Shown here piece after piece: positions 39,170 through 55,643 of a stretch of 64,000 nt of DNA. This DNA comes from the human T2T-CHM13v2.0 reference genome, Homo sapiens. Each line of letters opens with the position of its first letter. The first letter of the stretch is position 1. The notes below the pieces were generated by a model. That model did no database searches, had not been told where the DNA came from, and saw nothing but the letters and a program-made list of their open reading frames with translations. The DNA lies in the NCBI RefSeq assembly GCF_009914755.1, contig NC_060933.1; one strand, 5' to 3'. Position numbers and translations under genes: made by a program.

Positions 39170-42100
39170 GAAGTTTAGGAGTAAAGTTTTGTTTTTTCCC
39201 GAACTCGTTAGGATTCGCAAGACGGAATCCTCTCCCGACGAAATAAACAGCTAACAAGCCAGTCAGGTAGTGACAGCTTCCATGGTGGAGGTTAAATTGG
39301 AGTGCAATAAACAATGATCTAGCTTTCCCTTCAGGCTGAAGCCTTTATTTCTGCTGATTTAAGATATGAGATCTTTCCCTACCCATGAGACCATGAATGT
39401 CAGAATTGAGTTTCCCCTCTAGGATTGTGCCTTTACTATTTTATTCCACGTATATAACCCAACGATTGGGTTGTGCATGGATATGGATACAGTGTTTTGA
39501 AAAATACTGTAGGGTGATGTTTCTGAATTGTCTTATTTGATTAGCTAGCTAAGTTTCTTCATGAACGGTTGCTGTGTATTGTAGATACTCAAATAATAAA
39601 TGAGGTTGAATAAGCACCCAGAAAATTAATTTTACAGATTCAGATTTTTAATACGCAGGTATGGATTTATGCCTGTATTAATCTCAATCTACTGCTCCGT
39701 TCTGGAAACTCTTTTTTGCCCACCCTGTGAGAATTTATATTGACAAAGTTAAGTCTGACAGTTACCCAGGAGATTAAAAAAACGAAGAAGCAGTTTTGGG
39801 GGCCATGCATACAATTATATGGACAGTCATATGTAAAAAATAGAGGTTTTCCTAAAAAAACAAAAAGCATTATCATCTAAACTTGAAGGAAAAACGTGGA
39901 AAATTATGTATTTAAATTTTCATTAAGGTTTGAAAATTAGTAAACAGTGTACAATTTAATGCACTTTTTTAAAGACAAACTGATTTTTGTCATTATAAAA
40001 AGTTTAGTATGCTTAAAATAGTGCTTTTTTCTAGGAGAAAAATTTATCTAGATTCTTGTCCCAGTTAAACAGATTAATATTATTGCATGCCTAATTTTGT
40101 AAATGCCTGGAGCGTAGATTTGTACACACATTACTTAAAACCTAGCAGTGATCAAGCCAATCCTTTTTAGTTGATAAAATTTTACTAGTTTCTGCTTTGA
40201 CTTCCAGTCTGCATTAGGTAAATGAATTTAAATTCTGCACAGAAGCACAGCTCAGTATGTGGCTCTGGTAGGCCCTTGACTAGCGTTCCTTGTCCCTCTC
40301 CATTCCTAGTAATAGCCCAAAGAGAAGAGGTATTGAAATTTGATCAGGCTTTATCGTGAATCCAGGAATGGAGTTCTAGACCACTCTCAGAATTTCAGCA
40401 CTTAGATATACGTACTCTTCCTTAGCTCTTTAAAATATTTAAAAAAGATAAGCTAACGATTGAATTGCTTGTTTATATATTTACAAGGCTGTCAGTGGTA
40501 GTGATAAGATTTAACAAAGAGTCACTGTGTAGCTAAGCATCGAGTGTGGCCTGTACTGAGAATTGTTTTGGCAAAGTTGTAGTTGTGCCTGTTTTCTGAG
40601 ATAATCAATGTAGTCTTTATGTGGGCTGGCTGAAAGATAACACCTAGTTTTGTTTATGTTTTTGTGTTTTTTTTTTTTTTTGACTGATAGGTAGATAAGA
40701 ATTTTTTGTTTTTTGTGTAATTAGCAATAATATTTTAGTGTGATCAGAAGCATTCCAGAGAACCTTACATATTTTCAACTGATTTCCTTTCTGGTAAGTT
40801 GGTGTTGAGGAAAGCATATAAATTATTTTTCATTTTTCATGTTTGAAATTTTTTTCATTTATTTTGACAAATAAGTGCTGCTTCCAGAAAATTTGAATTT
40901 GTGTAAAACTGGATTTTTAAATATAGCTGACATTTACCACCTTCTCTTTTTAAAACAACATTAAGCCGTCCACAGTTAAATTTGATAGGCTTTAAAATCC
41001 ATGGACTTTTCTAGCATTTTCCTGTTTATTGGTTATCAATGTAGTATCATTACAAGAAGCCTAAAATGGCCACTTTATGTTAACTGGAATGCTCAAATGA
41101 CTAGTGTTTTCATTAGCAATAAATGGAAAGCTGAAAAGTAACAATTTTATTCTTTGTAATAGATCTGTGACTTTCAAGTCTTTCTTTTTGACATTTTTTT
41201 GTAGCCTGGTGGGGAAGCAGGTCCGGCTGTGAGAGGTGTGGACAGTGACCTCTCATTCCAGCCTTTATCATCATCCTGCATTGTTTAACAACAGCACCAA
41301 CACCATGCTGCTTGCTGAAAATGCAGATTTCATTCTTGGATTAATATTCTGGTACCAGATGTATGAGGCTGGCTCTAAAGAAGCTTTTTCTCTTAAGTAC
41401 TGTCAAAAATAGAGAAGCTGAAGATTGGAGAGAAGCCATTTATTTTGAACAGTTTATTTTCTGACAGTTTGTGTTTGTAAAGAAACCTGCTCATAATATT
41501 TACTTAAGAGATCTACATAGTTGCCTGAGGAAGCCCCACAGGTTTCTTTTTTTCCTTTAAAAAAAGTTTCCATTGAGCTTAACTCTTACGTGATACTTCT
41601 TGACTTTGCTTCTGATTAGTTGATTTATGGACTTTATTTACTAGCATGATTGGAGAATTCTTTTGCTAGACTGAAATTGCACTCTGCCTGTGCTCTGGTC
41701 CGTTTCCTAGGTAACAAATGCACTGCATAGATTCCATAATGAGGACTGTGGTTGGCTAGTTACTGTGTAAATTCTGTTGTTTGGTAAAGCTTAGTCTCAA
41801 ATTCAAATAAAGGTCAAGAAACGAAAAGTACTGAAAATGCAAATTTTTGAATTTTATTTTGTATCCAATGCCAACAAAGTTTAATAGGCTTTTCTGGAGA
41901 AAGGCAAATTATGCAGCCGTATTCAAGTTTGTTTTGCAAAGTCTTACACTTAAACAGTTGGAGAGCTTTTTCACCGTTAGTGTTCATAGTGGTAATGCTA
42001 ATGGCTCTAGTGACAAAGAAGATGTATTTCAGAAACATGTTATTACACTTGAAAATAATATGGAAAGCAAAGAATCTTGGTCTAGGACAACAGTGATATT

Positions 42101-43309
42101 CTTATACTGAAAGGAAGTAACATTATGTATCAAAAGAAATTATACAACTTTGATGTGAGATATAACATTATGTTTTTTAGAGACACAGTCGCACTCTGTC
42201 ACCCACGCTGGAATACAGTGGTGCAACCATAGCTTACTGCCTCTTCAAACTCCTGGGCCCAAAGGATCACATCTCAACCTCCCAAGTAGCTGGGACTACA
42301 GGCACGTGCCATCACACTTAGCTAATTTTTCTTATTTTTTGTAGCGATGGGGTCTTGCGGTGTTGCCCAGGCTGGTCTTGAACTCCTGGACTCAAATGAT
42401 CTTCCTGCCTTGGCCTCCCAAAGTGCTAGGATTATAGGTGTGAACCACCAGGTCCAGCCATAACTTTAAAAAAGTTTAAGAAGACGTTAAAACGTTGAAG
42501 CAATATTTAAAAACATTAAAAATCTTACCATAAAATGCTGAATTTCTACTCTAGCTTTTTTTCTTCTCTGCATGAACTTTGGCCAACCTAGCACCAGGGA
42601 GTAGCTCCCCCCTTGGTTGCTGCAAGTTAGAGAATAGCTTTCTCCTTCACCTTACTCTCCTCTGGAAATCTATGGCCTCTTTAGCTCCAGAGATAGGACA
42701 AAAAGTAATATGTATGGAATGGCTAGTAATTATTAGCTGGTTTTTTTTTTTGTTTTTTTTGTTTTTTTTTTCCTTAAGAAACCTGCAAAGAACCAAAATT
42801 CCATTAAAACCTACTGGAAATATATTTTCACTTGATGCCTGAAAATGTTTTTTGTTTGTTAATCATCAAGGATTTCATTAGCTGAACTTAACATACACAT
42901 AACTCTTTTTAATTCTAAATAATTATCCAAAGTTGCTTCCATTGCTTTCCCTTGCTTCTCTGGATTGTTTTTAGATGATTCATTTACTCTTTGGTTAACT
43001 TTCATTTCATGCATAGGATACTTCTTGGTTGGCTTCTCTTTTTATTCTTGGTTTTCTTCAAAACTGATACTGCTTTAACCTTTTCTGTCCTTTTTTAATT
43101 GCAAATATTCTGTCCCTTCAGTTTTTTCTTATATTTTCCTCTGGAAATACTTATTATTTTAAAAATATTTTCCTTGCATGATTTAAGGCATAATCACCAT
43201 ATATCAAAAGCTCTATCCTTTTTTCTGTTATAGGACTTCATATTTCTGGGACGGAGTTGACAATATGTGTGAATTCTTAACCAGCTAGGACTACTTCCTC
43301 TTCTCAGCT

Positions 43310-43694
43310 TGTATTAATTTGTTAGGGCTGCCATAACAAAGAATCACAGATTGGTTGTCTTAAACAACAAAAATTTATTTTCTGACAATTCTGGAGGCTA
43401 GAAGTATAAGCTCAAAGTGTTGGCAGGGTTAGGTTCTTCTAAGGCCCCTCTCTTGGCTGATGGATGGCTGTCTTCCTAAGGTGGCTTCACGTGGTCTTCC
43501 CTCTGTGTATGTGTGTGTCCTAATTTCCTCTTAAGAACATCACTTACATTGGATTAGGGCACACACATATGACTTCATTTTACCTTAATTACCTCTATTC
43601 CAGGCCTTACTTCCCCTATAAGTCACATTCTGAGGTACCAGGGTTTAGGATGTGAACAGATGAATTTGAGAGGAATACAGTTCAGCCTATAACA
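43310..43694 (-). mobile_element. MLT1 LTR
   Basis: tgtattaatttgttagggctgccataacaaa...ttcagcctataaca. Confidence 0.85.
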
Positions 43695-45047
43695 CAGTCC
43701 ATCCCTCTACCTACTGCCTTTCATGCATGTATACCTACCTACCTACATATGTACATACATACCTCACTCCACATGTGGGATTTTGTTGGCAATTTTTCAC
43801 TTGAATCCCAGGCCCCAATACATAGCAATATGATCAACTCTATATATAGTCATTAAAAATAAAGTAGCTAAAGGCTTTTTGTTTTTCACTCTTCATATTC
43901 ATTGTTTTTAAATGCTTTATTTTTAATGACTTAAAGTACAAAATCCTTTTTTTGTTTGTTTGAGACAGGATCTTTTTCTGTTGCCCAGGATGGAGCGCAC
44001 TAACGTGATCACAGCTCACTGCAGCCTCGACCTCCTGAGCTCAAGCAGTCCTCTCACCTCAGCCTTCTGAGTAGCTGGGATCACAGGTGCACACCCAGAG
44101 CCCAGCTCACTTTTTTTTTTTTTTTTTTTTGTAGAGATGAGGCCTGTGTGTCCCAGATTGGTCTTGAACTCCTGGGCTCATGATATCCTCCTATCTGGGC
44201 CTCCCAAAGTGCTGGGATTACAGGCCTGAGCCACTGTGCCTGGCCAAAATTCTTAATAGTTGTTTTGGAATACTGGAGAATATTATTGTGGCCAAATTCA
44301 GTGGAAGTGCTAATGCTGTTATTTTCTTCTGAGTTCTGAGGACTTGTTTCTTTTAGTGCTTTTTTTTTTCAGCTATTGGTCTTGCTGCTCTCATGGTAAG
44401 TTATGCACTATTTGTTCTTTTCACGCATGTCTGATGATTCCTGAATCTAATATCTAGTCGGGGCTTTTCTCCTGAAATCCACATCTTTGTGTCCTACTAC
44501 GACTGGATATATTCACTTAATTTTCCACAAGCATTTCACATTCAACATGCCCCAGACTTATTGTCCTCTTCACATCTGTGTCTTTTCTTTTATTCCTTAG
44601 CTCAGTGAGTTGGTACCACCTTCCATCCATTTTCCCAGTCCAGAAATTTAGGAGTTATCTCTGATTCCTTCTTTATTCTTAATCCCATTTTCCATACATA
44701 ATCAAGCCCCTGGGTCAGTCAGTTCTTGCTGCCCAAGATTTCTCAATTCTGTCTGTTTGCCATATGTGAATCATATGCTACTGTGTTACCTTTGCATTAG
44801 TCTTAGTTTTTCATTTAAATATATTCAGTGTGCAACAGAAGTCCTTACGGTAAAGCTTCTGTAATCATCTAGTAGTCTGAAGTTCACTGAATTCTTGTAG
44901 TGGCTCATGTGAAATGTATCCCTTGCTTTTCATATTTAACACTGTTTATCTGTGGCTTTTATAGTTCAAGGTCACTTTGACTGAATAAAAATACTTGACT
45001 CACATTTTTTTTCCCCTCAACTATCTTTAAAAATGTTACTCTCTTGC

Positions 45048-45265
45048 AGGAGTTGGCAAACTTTTTCTGTAAAAGACTGAATAATAATTATCTTAGGTTT
45101 TATGGATCACTGGTTTCCCTCACAATTACTTAACTGTGCCATTGCATTGCAAAAGCAGCTATAGATAGTGTGTAAATGAACTAGCCTGACTGTTCCAATA
45201 AAACTTAATTTACAGAACCAGGCAGTGGGCTGGATTTGGTCCATAGGCCTTAGTTTGCTGAGTCA
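45048..45265 (+). mobile_element. MER58A-type hAT element
   Basis: caggagttggcaaactttttctgtaaa...ttccaataaaactt...tagtttgctga. Confidence 0.8.
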
Positions 45266-45781
45266 TATTCTATTCTGGTAAAATGTGTTGTTGTCAAACT
45301 GTAATACCAATATGATTTTCTTTCTTTAATTTTATCTTTTTGCCTAGATACCCAAGGGCTTTTTCTTCATATTTAAAGCCAATAATTTTACTAGAATGTC
45401 TGTTGACCATTCCCTGTTAATTCTCCTAGATACACAGTGTTTTTTATTACATTGGCTCAAGTGTTTTTTCATATTTTCATCAATTATAGTTTTTTAGTAA
45501 TGTGTTCCATTGTTTTCATTTTCTCTCTTTGGGGCCTCCTATTATATGTATGTTGGATCTTCTTATGTCTATACCTTAGTATTATTTTTTCTTATTTTTT
45601 ATATTTGCTCTATTTTTATGTTTTTTTCTATTTTATGCTTTAGTGTGTTCAATGTATTTTTCATGGTATCTATCGCTTTTTTTTTTTGACAGTCTCTGTC
45701 ACCCAGGCTGGAATGCAGTGGCACCATCATGGTTTACAGCAGTGTCAACGTCTCTGGCCTCAGGTGATCCTCCCAGTTTAG

Positions 45782-46090
<309 letters not shown>

Positions 46091-46624
46091 TAGTTTTTCA
46101 ATTTCTGATGTATGCTGTTCTTCCATAGCTTCTATCATTTAAAAATTTTTTCCCCTTTTTTCATTTTTTTTTCTTTTTGAGACAGGGCCTTTCTCTGTCA
46201 TTCAAGGCTCAAGGGATTCACCCACCTCAGCTTCCCAAGTAGCTAGGACTGTGGATGTGTGCCACCACTACCAGCTGAATTTTTTTTTTTTAAAGACAGG
46301 TTTCACTTTGTTGCCCAGGCTGGTCTTGAATTCTTGGGCTTGTGATCCTCCTGCCTTGGTCTCCCAAAGTGCTGAGATTACAGGCATGAGGCACTGTGCC
46401 TGGCTATTTTCTTAATTCCTCTTATTCCTTTTGAAATATGTTACAGTTCTCATCTTTTTTTCTTACTGTGCTTTTTAATTGTTCTCTCTTGGTCATATTT
46501 AAATTAGATGGACTTACCTGTACTTTTGGAGAAGGTTTCTGTGATGGAGATGGAAATTGATAAATACAGTTTTCCTGGTTTTATAGTTTGAAGATTTCCT
46601 CCTTTGTTGCTTATCTGAAGTATT

Positions 46625-47730
46625 TTAAAAATATGGCCACTCAATTAAAATAAAAATGAGGTACCATTGTACACTCACTAGAATGGCTAAATGAGAAAGA
46701 TGAAAAATACCAAGTATGAGGATGTAGGATAGCTGAAATTCTCCTGCACTGCTATTCAAAGTGTAAATTGGAATGGAAATGTAAAGTGGTACAGCAATTT
46801 GGAAAGCTGTATGGCCATATCTACTAAAACTGGACATATGCTGCAAATCCTGTGACTCATTAGTTCTACTGTAAGATCCATACTCACCCAAATATATGGA
46901 CTAGAATGCTCATAGCACATTTGTCATTGCTCCAAACTGAAATCTGTTGAAATGGCCATCAGTCATTGTTGTTCCCTTCCGCAGTGAGTCTGACTTTGGC
47001 TTTGTAACTTGCTCTGGCTAGTTGGACATTAGCAAGCATTATGCAACAGAAGCTTGATAAGCGCTTACATACTCTGGGGAATAATGCCCTGAGACCACTA
47101 TATAAGGACGTCCTGGAGTAGGAGAGGTTACTTGGAAGAGAATCGTGGTGCCCAGCCAATGACCAGTACTTACTGACAAACTTGAGTGAGGCCATCTTTG
47201 ACCTTATAGTTTAGCTGACCTTCCTTCCAGCTAAAAGTAGCCATGTGAACAAGTCCAGGTAAAGCCAGAGGAGGAACTACCCAGAAAACATAGAATTGTG
47301 AGAAATAAGAAATTGTTGTTTTAAGCCACTAAATTTTTAGGTGATTTGTTATACAGCAATATTAAACTGACTCAGATTGAATAAATACATCATGGTATAT
47401 TTACACAATGGAATACTGTAGATCGATGAGAATGATAAACAGTCTACAGCTGCATGCAGTAGTATGTATGAATCTCACAGACATATGTTGAGCTAAAGAA
47501 GCCAGACAGAGCAGAGTTTATACTGTATGCCTGCATGTATAGAAAGTCCTCAAACAGGCAGAATCATTCTGTTCTGTTAGAAGCCAGAATAGGGGCTACC
47601 CTTGGGAGAGTATTGATGAGAACAGAGAAAGTAGAGGCTTCTGGGCTGCTGGAAAGTTTCTGTTTCTTGAACTGGTTGCTGGTTACATAAGTGGGTTCTG
47701 TTTGTGAAATTGTGAAATATCAGCAAGTTC
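46625..47730 (+). mobile_element. L1ME-type 3' fragment with an MLT1 LTR inserted at ~46950-47374
   Basis: L1 3' motifs either side; MLT1 end gtgagaaataagaaattgttgttttaagccactaaatttt. Confidence 0.7.
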
Positions 47731-48375
47731 ACTTATTGCTGCCTTTTTCCGAGTGTATGTTTCAACATAAAGGAAAAAATGTGGCTTCTTGATGTGACCT
47801 CCTCTCTGATGTTCTCTGAGATTAACCTCCTCTGGGTATCTCTTTCCTTTATTCCCACTCCTGCCTCTTTGTTTGATTTGGATTCTAGTCCACGGTGTTC
47901 TTCCTAAAGCCTCTTAGGTTCTTATGGTCTCGCGTTCTCCCCCAGAAGCTCAGAAACTTTACTGGTTGTTCTTAGATACAATTTCACTTAAAAAAGATCC
48001 TCTCTTTTTGATGGTAATTTCTTCTTTCCCAGCTCTTAGAATCACCAGAACTCTTTTTTCTCCCTTCATCTGACCAGTTGCTTATTCTGTGTAGGTTCTG
48101 TTTTTTGGGCATTTTAGCCCTGCCTACTTATCTGTTGTCCATAGGACTGTCCTATCACCTGATATTGTTGAATATTTTGTCTTTTGTTATTGTCCACCTA
48201 TTTTGTTATCCTCCCATCTCTGGGTGTTTTTATTTTTCCTGTGCAGATAATTGTAGATTCACTTACAGTTGTAAGATATAATACAGAGAGGTTCTTTGCA
48301 TGCTTTGCTCAGCTTTCCCCAGTGGTAACATATTGCAAAATTATATTTATAATATTACAACCAGGATATTGACTA

Positions 48376-48782
48376 TTTATGGGCTGAGTAGTGTCCCTGC
48401 AAATTCATATGTTGAAGCCCCAACCCTCCAGTACCTTAATGTAACTGTATTTAGAAGCTAGGGCATTTAAAAAGGTGATTAAGTTAGGATAAGATTGTTG
48501 GAGTGGGCCCTAATATAATCCAGTCTGGTGTCCTTATAAGAGGAAATGTGGACACAAAAAGAGACATTAGGGACATGCACATAGGGGAAAAAACTCTGTG
48601 AAGGAAACAGCAAGGAGGAGGCCATCTGCAAGCCAAGGAGAGAGGCTTCGAAAGAAACCAAGCCTGCCAACACTTTGATCTTAGAATTCTAGCCTCCAGA
48701 ATTGTCAGAAAATAAACTTCTGTTGTTTCAGGCACCCAGTCTGTAGTATTTTATTATGGCAGCCCTAGCAAATGAATCCACT
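48376..48782 (+). mobile_element. MLT1 LTR
   Basis: tatgggctgagtagtgtccc...aaattcatatgttgaagccc...tggcagccctagcaaa. Confidence 0.85.
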
Positions 48783-48863
48783 GACATTGATAAAATCCAC
48801 CACTCTTATTCAGATTTCCAGTTTCAGTGGTACTCACTTGTGTATGTGCTAGGTTCAATACAG

Positions 48864-48935
48864 TTTTTTTTTTAATTCTCCAATTTAAAACTTAATTAAA
48901 AAGTAAACTTTAATGTTGAAAATGCAAACTTGGGG
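48864..48935 (-). mobile_element. Short 5'-truncated retroposed insertion resembling the SVA2 3' unique end
   Basis: Minus strand ccccaagtttgcattttcaacattaaagtttactttttaattaagttttaaattggagaatt plus A-tail; TSD AGGTTCAATACAGTTTT at 48851 and 48936. Confidence 0.7.
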
Positions 48936-49737
48936 AGGTTCAATACAGTTTTATCACCTTTTTAGGTTTCTGTTTCTACCAGCCTCTCCACTGCTCCCCC
49001 AACCATTTCTAACATATTTGTATGATTAGATTTGAGGAGAGTCCAAAACTCAGCATCTATTGTCTTGCTTGCTTAGGAGTCCTTTATTTATTTTTAAGTA
49101 GTTTTTTTGTTGTTGTTGTTATGTTAGAAGACTTATTTTCCCTATTGATCAAAGGGGACAAATACCTCATTAGGCAAGAAAGGGTAAGATATGCAATAAT
49201 CTGATTAGTAATAGCTTTTCCAGTGTATCTGATTTATAGTGATAAGCCAACATATATTTGTTGCAGGGAGTTTAATTCTTCTCTAAGTGACTAAGGTTGT
49301 TAACATTTTCATGACAGTTCTGGCACAGTTATTGACTTTGTTTATCTGACATCTTCTGAAAACAAGGAGTTCTACATTAGTGAATTTACCATATAACTAA
49401 AGTTTATCTCCTGGTGAAAACTTAAGATTAAAATCATTTTTAGTGAAGATGTTCTTTAAACATAGCTTAAGGAAAGGTGGCGGTTCAGTTGTTTTTAGAA
49501 ACCTACCAAAGGAATCCTTTTCTAGCATCTGGATGAACCCAAGCAGATATGGAGAAATTTTCAAGATTTTTCTTTTCCCTCCCTGGAAAATTTGCTTAAG
49601 TTTTTCAGCTCTGAAGTTTTACAATAAATTTAGACCAGTTTACTACAGCCAATTCAAGGAAGGATCAATCAACCCAACTTAAAATCCATAAAATTCACGG
49701 ATTTACCAAAATCTTGTTTAAACAGCCTTTGAAGATT

Positions 49738-50543
49738 CTTTTAAAGTTTTTTTTATGTTGATATAACTTCCATAAAATGCATAATCTTATGTGTAGAGTG
49801 GAGTGATTTTTCCCCCTTTTATTTTTAGTTGAGATGGAATGATTCTACGTGTTTTTGGGATACAGAGTAATATTTCAATATGTGTATACAACGTATAATG
49901 ATCAAATCAGGGTAATTAGGACACCCATCCTTGTGTTGGGAACATTCAAAATCCTCTCTTCTGGCCTTTTGAAAATATGCAATAAATAATAGTTAACCAT
50001 ATTCATCCTACAGTACTGCAGAATACCAGAGCTCATTCCTATCTAGCTGTAATTTTGTATCTGTTGACTAACCTCTATCCATCCCTCTCCCTTTACTCTT
50101 CCCAGCCTCTAACACACACAGTTCTACTCTCTACTTCCATGAGCTCAAAAATTTATCTCCTACATATGAGTGAGAACATGTGGCATTTATTTTTCTGTGC
50201 CTGACTTATTTTGCTTAGCATGATGTCCTCCAGGCTTATCCATGTTGTGGCAAATGGTGGGATTTCTTTCCTTTTTATGGATAAATAGTATTCCATTGTG
50301 TATATACACCACATTTTCTTTATCCATGCATCGGTTGATGGACATTTGGTTTGATTACATGTCTTGGCTATTGTGAAAGTACTACAATAAACATGGTGGT
50401 GGAGATAATCTCTTTGATACACTGATTTCTTTGATACACTGGTTTTCTTTTCTTTGGATAAATACTCAGCAGTGGGATTGCTGGATTAGTATTGTAGTTC
50501 TGTTTTTAGTTTTTTGAGAATCTTCTATATGGTTTTCTATAAT
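49738..50543 (-). mobile_element. 5'-truncated L1MA-type insertion with TSD
   Basis: ORF 50153-50422 resembles the L1 ORF2 C-terminus; TSD AGCCTTTGAAGATT at 49724 and 50548. Confidence 0.85.
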
Positions 50544-50835
50544 AAATAGCCTTTGAAGATTTCCATGAAATTTTAGCTGAAGGTGCTCCCATTCTACCTT
50601 CACAGCATTTTAAGGAATGTTCTGCTTTAAAAGTTGTGGGTCATATGATAATGTAGTCTTAGAAATATTTTCCTTTTGAATTTTGTTAATGAGTATGAAT
50701 ATATTCATTGAAAAGCATATATTCATAATATTCTGCCTATGATAATATTTTGCTTATGAGTATATTTGGAATATGAATATCTTCTTGATATGTATATAGT
50801 TTTACATTGTTTTTTGGCCAACTGCTTTCTGGTAG

Positions 50836-52650
<1,815 letters not shown>

Positions 52651-53784
52651 TGAAACCAAGTTGAGAAGTGAGAACGCTGCCAAGAGGGCAGCCAACCAGG
52701 GCTGCAATGGAGAATAACAAGGAAGGCCTCTTTCAATCAAGTCTTCAATTGGTCTTAGAAGAAAATCTTCCCTTTCAGATTTAAAAAATAAAGAGGAGCC
52801 AACACCTTGCAGAGCTGGTAGCCAAGCATTTCGGGCAGAGAAAACTGTGGCGTAGAGAGACGGGAAGGGCATGAGGTCACACAGCAGACTGCACAGAAGA
52901 GCCAAGATTCGAAACCCTAATGCTAGACCCCAGCTCCCATCTATGACTTCTAATAACTGTTCATTAGTGGGTCCAGCATGGGGGCTCACATGGAGCAGAC
53001 CCTACTAAAAATCACTCTTTCTTGAAAAAACAAAAAGAAAATACTTGCAGCAATATGATAGACAAAGAGTTGATGTCTTTGTGACATTGTATTGTTTTGT
53101 TTTCACAATTTACAAAAAAATAATAAAACCCTAATAAATAATAGATAAAACGTAGAGCAATTTATAGAAGAGAAATGTTCAGCCTCCATGATAATCACAC
53201 ACAAAATACTATGGCAATCCAGAAGCTTTTTTTAAATACTATCAAATTAGCAAAAGTATGAAGTGAAATAATACCCATTTCTGGTGAGTAGAAAGGAGGA
53301 GGGGAGGAAGTTATTCTCATATGTATTGCTGATGGGAATATGACATCTTTGTTTTCTTATAAAACTTTGAAGTATAGTATACTTACAAAAGATGAACATA
53401 TCAATATGTATAGTTGATTAACTGTTACAAATTGAATACATGTGACTAGTACTCAGATAATAAACAAGACATTATTTATTCCTTGTGCTTCTCCCAGTAT
53501 ATCTAACACAATTCTTCTGAAACAAAATAAATATCCTGACAGATTGCTGAGTCATGGGGTATATATGCTGAGCTTTAATGTGTTCTCCAAAGTAATTGTA
53601 TCAGTTTATACTTGCACTGGCACCAGCCCTGTGTAAATGTTCCAGTTGCCCTGCTTTCCATGATTATCACTTTGAAAAGCAATGTGTCAATATATTAAGA
53701 GCCATAAATATATTTATACCAATTTATCTAGTAATTCTAATTGAAAAGATAGAGATACATGCACAAAAACATTCAATGAAGCAG

Positions 53785-53935
53785 TCTAAATTTTGTCTGG
53801 TGCAACCCCACACCGTTTGTTGTCTGTGGTTGCTTTTGTGCTGCATTGGCAGAATTGAGTAGTTACGATAGAGATCTTGCAAAGCAGAAAATATTTACTA
53901 TCTGACTTACTCCAGGAAAAGTTTGCTGACCCCTG
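53785..53935 (-). mobile_element. MER58-type element
   Basis: aaaatatttactatctg...aaaagtttgctgacccctg. Confidence 0.75.
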
Positions 53936-54054
53936 CATTAGAGCATTATTTAGAATACTAAAAGATTGGCAGTGACCGATATGTCCATCAGTAGGGGAAT
54001 TATTGGCTAAATCCTTGATAAAACTGGATCTAGCCATTTACAATGATGATTATA

Positions 54055-54865
54055 GAGACTGTTTAACCAACAAATATCTAATGGGTATTCACCATGTGTT
54101 AGGTACTTTTCTAGATGCTAGGAAATCAGTAAAAACAAAGTACTTGCCCTCATAGAGCTTAAATTTTAGTAGTGGAGGTAGAGAAGAAACAAAATAAATA
54201 AGTAAAATAACATGTAAGGGATAAGTGCTAAGAAGGAAGAAAAAAAGCAGGAAAGGGGGATATGAAATATTTCAGGGTAAGGTCTTGACATTTTAGATTA
54301 GGGTTGCCAAGGAATATCTCACAGAGAAAGTGACTTTTGAGTAAGCACTTAAAATGAATGAGAGGGCTTGACATTCAGGTATCTGGAGGAAGAGCATTTG
54401 AGGCAAAGGGAACGGCAAGCACAAAGGGTCAGTTGGAAATGTGCCCTGATATGTTCTAGGAACAAGAATTTCAAGAGCTGGCTGGTCGCGGTGGCTCACT
54501 CCTTTAATCCCAGCACTTTGGCAGGCCGGGGTGGGAGGACTGCTTAAGCCCATAAGTTTGAGACCAGCTGGGAAACAATACTCCTTCTCTACAAAAAATA
54601 AAAAAAATTAGCCAAGTGTGGTCGTGCATACCTGTAGTCCCAGCTACTAGGGAGGCTGAGGCTGCAATGAGCTGTGTTCATACCACTGTACTCCAGCCTG
54701 GGCAACAGAGCGAGACCCTGTCTCAAAAAAAAAAAAAAAAAAAAAGGTCAAGGGCTCCGCTAGAGTGAAGGAGGGGAGAGCTGCAAGGAAAAAGAGTTGC
54801 AAGAGTTTGGACAGATAATGCTGGTGGTAGTGGGTAGGGTAGATCATGTAGAACCTTCTGGCAAA
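54055..54865 (-). mobile_element. L2 3' fragment with Alu insertion
   Basis: caacaaatat...ccatgtgttaggtact...cttgccctcatagagctt. Confidence 0.7.
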
Positions 54866-55248
54866 ATGAAAAATCCCTATTAAAAATTGTTCAAGTAGGA
54901 AATAGAATGATTTTTCTCCCTTCCATTTTCCCTCCTTCCCTGATCATGACTGTCATGCAAAGCTATGCATAAGGAAAAGATTGGAAGGAAATACCCTAAA
55001 ATGCTAACAGTGTTAATGTGCTGGGGTTATAAATTATATATATATATATATATATATTTGCCATGCTTTCTATAATTTGGCTATATTTTATAATAAGCAT
55101 AATTAAAAACGAAGTATTTTGCATATTTCTGTCTTTTAATACCTTAGAAATCAAGTACTTTAGATCTTTCTCAAGTTGATTGTAACCTGGCTTTATTGAT
55201 GGTGGGCAACAGTGTCTTAAATCATCTAAGGAGTTGTTGGTTTTTTAA

Positions 55249-55478
<230 letters not shown>

Positions 55479-55481
55479 TGA

Positions 55482-55643
<162 letters not shown>

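Noticed and set aside
37517-39254. Long overlapping ORFs of 106-280 aa in the CpG island
   Set aside because: Pro/Arg/Ala/Gly-rich in all frames on both strands, mostly non-ATG starts: expected stop-codon depletion at high GC, with no recognisable domain
41847-42110. 87-aa ORF in non-repetitive intron
   Set aside because: Non-ATG start, no recognisable homology, no convincing splice sites
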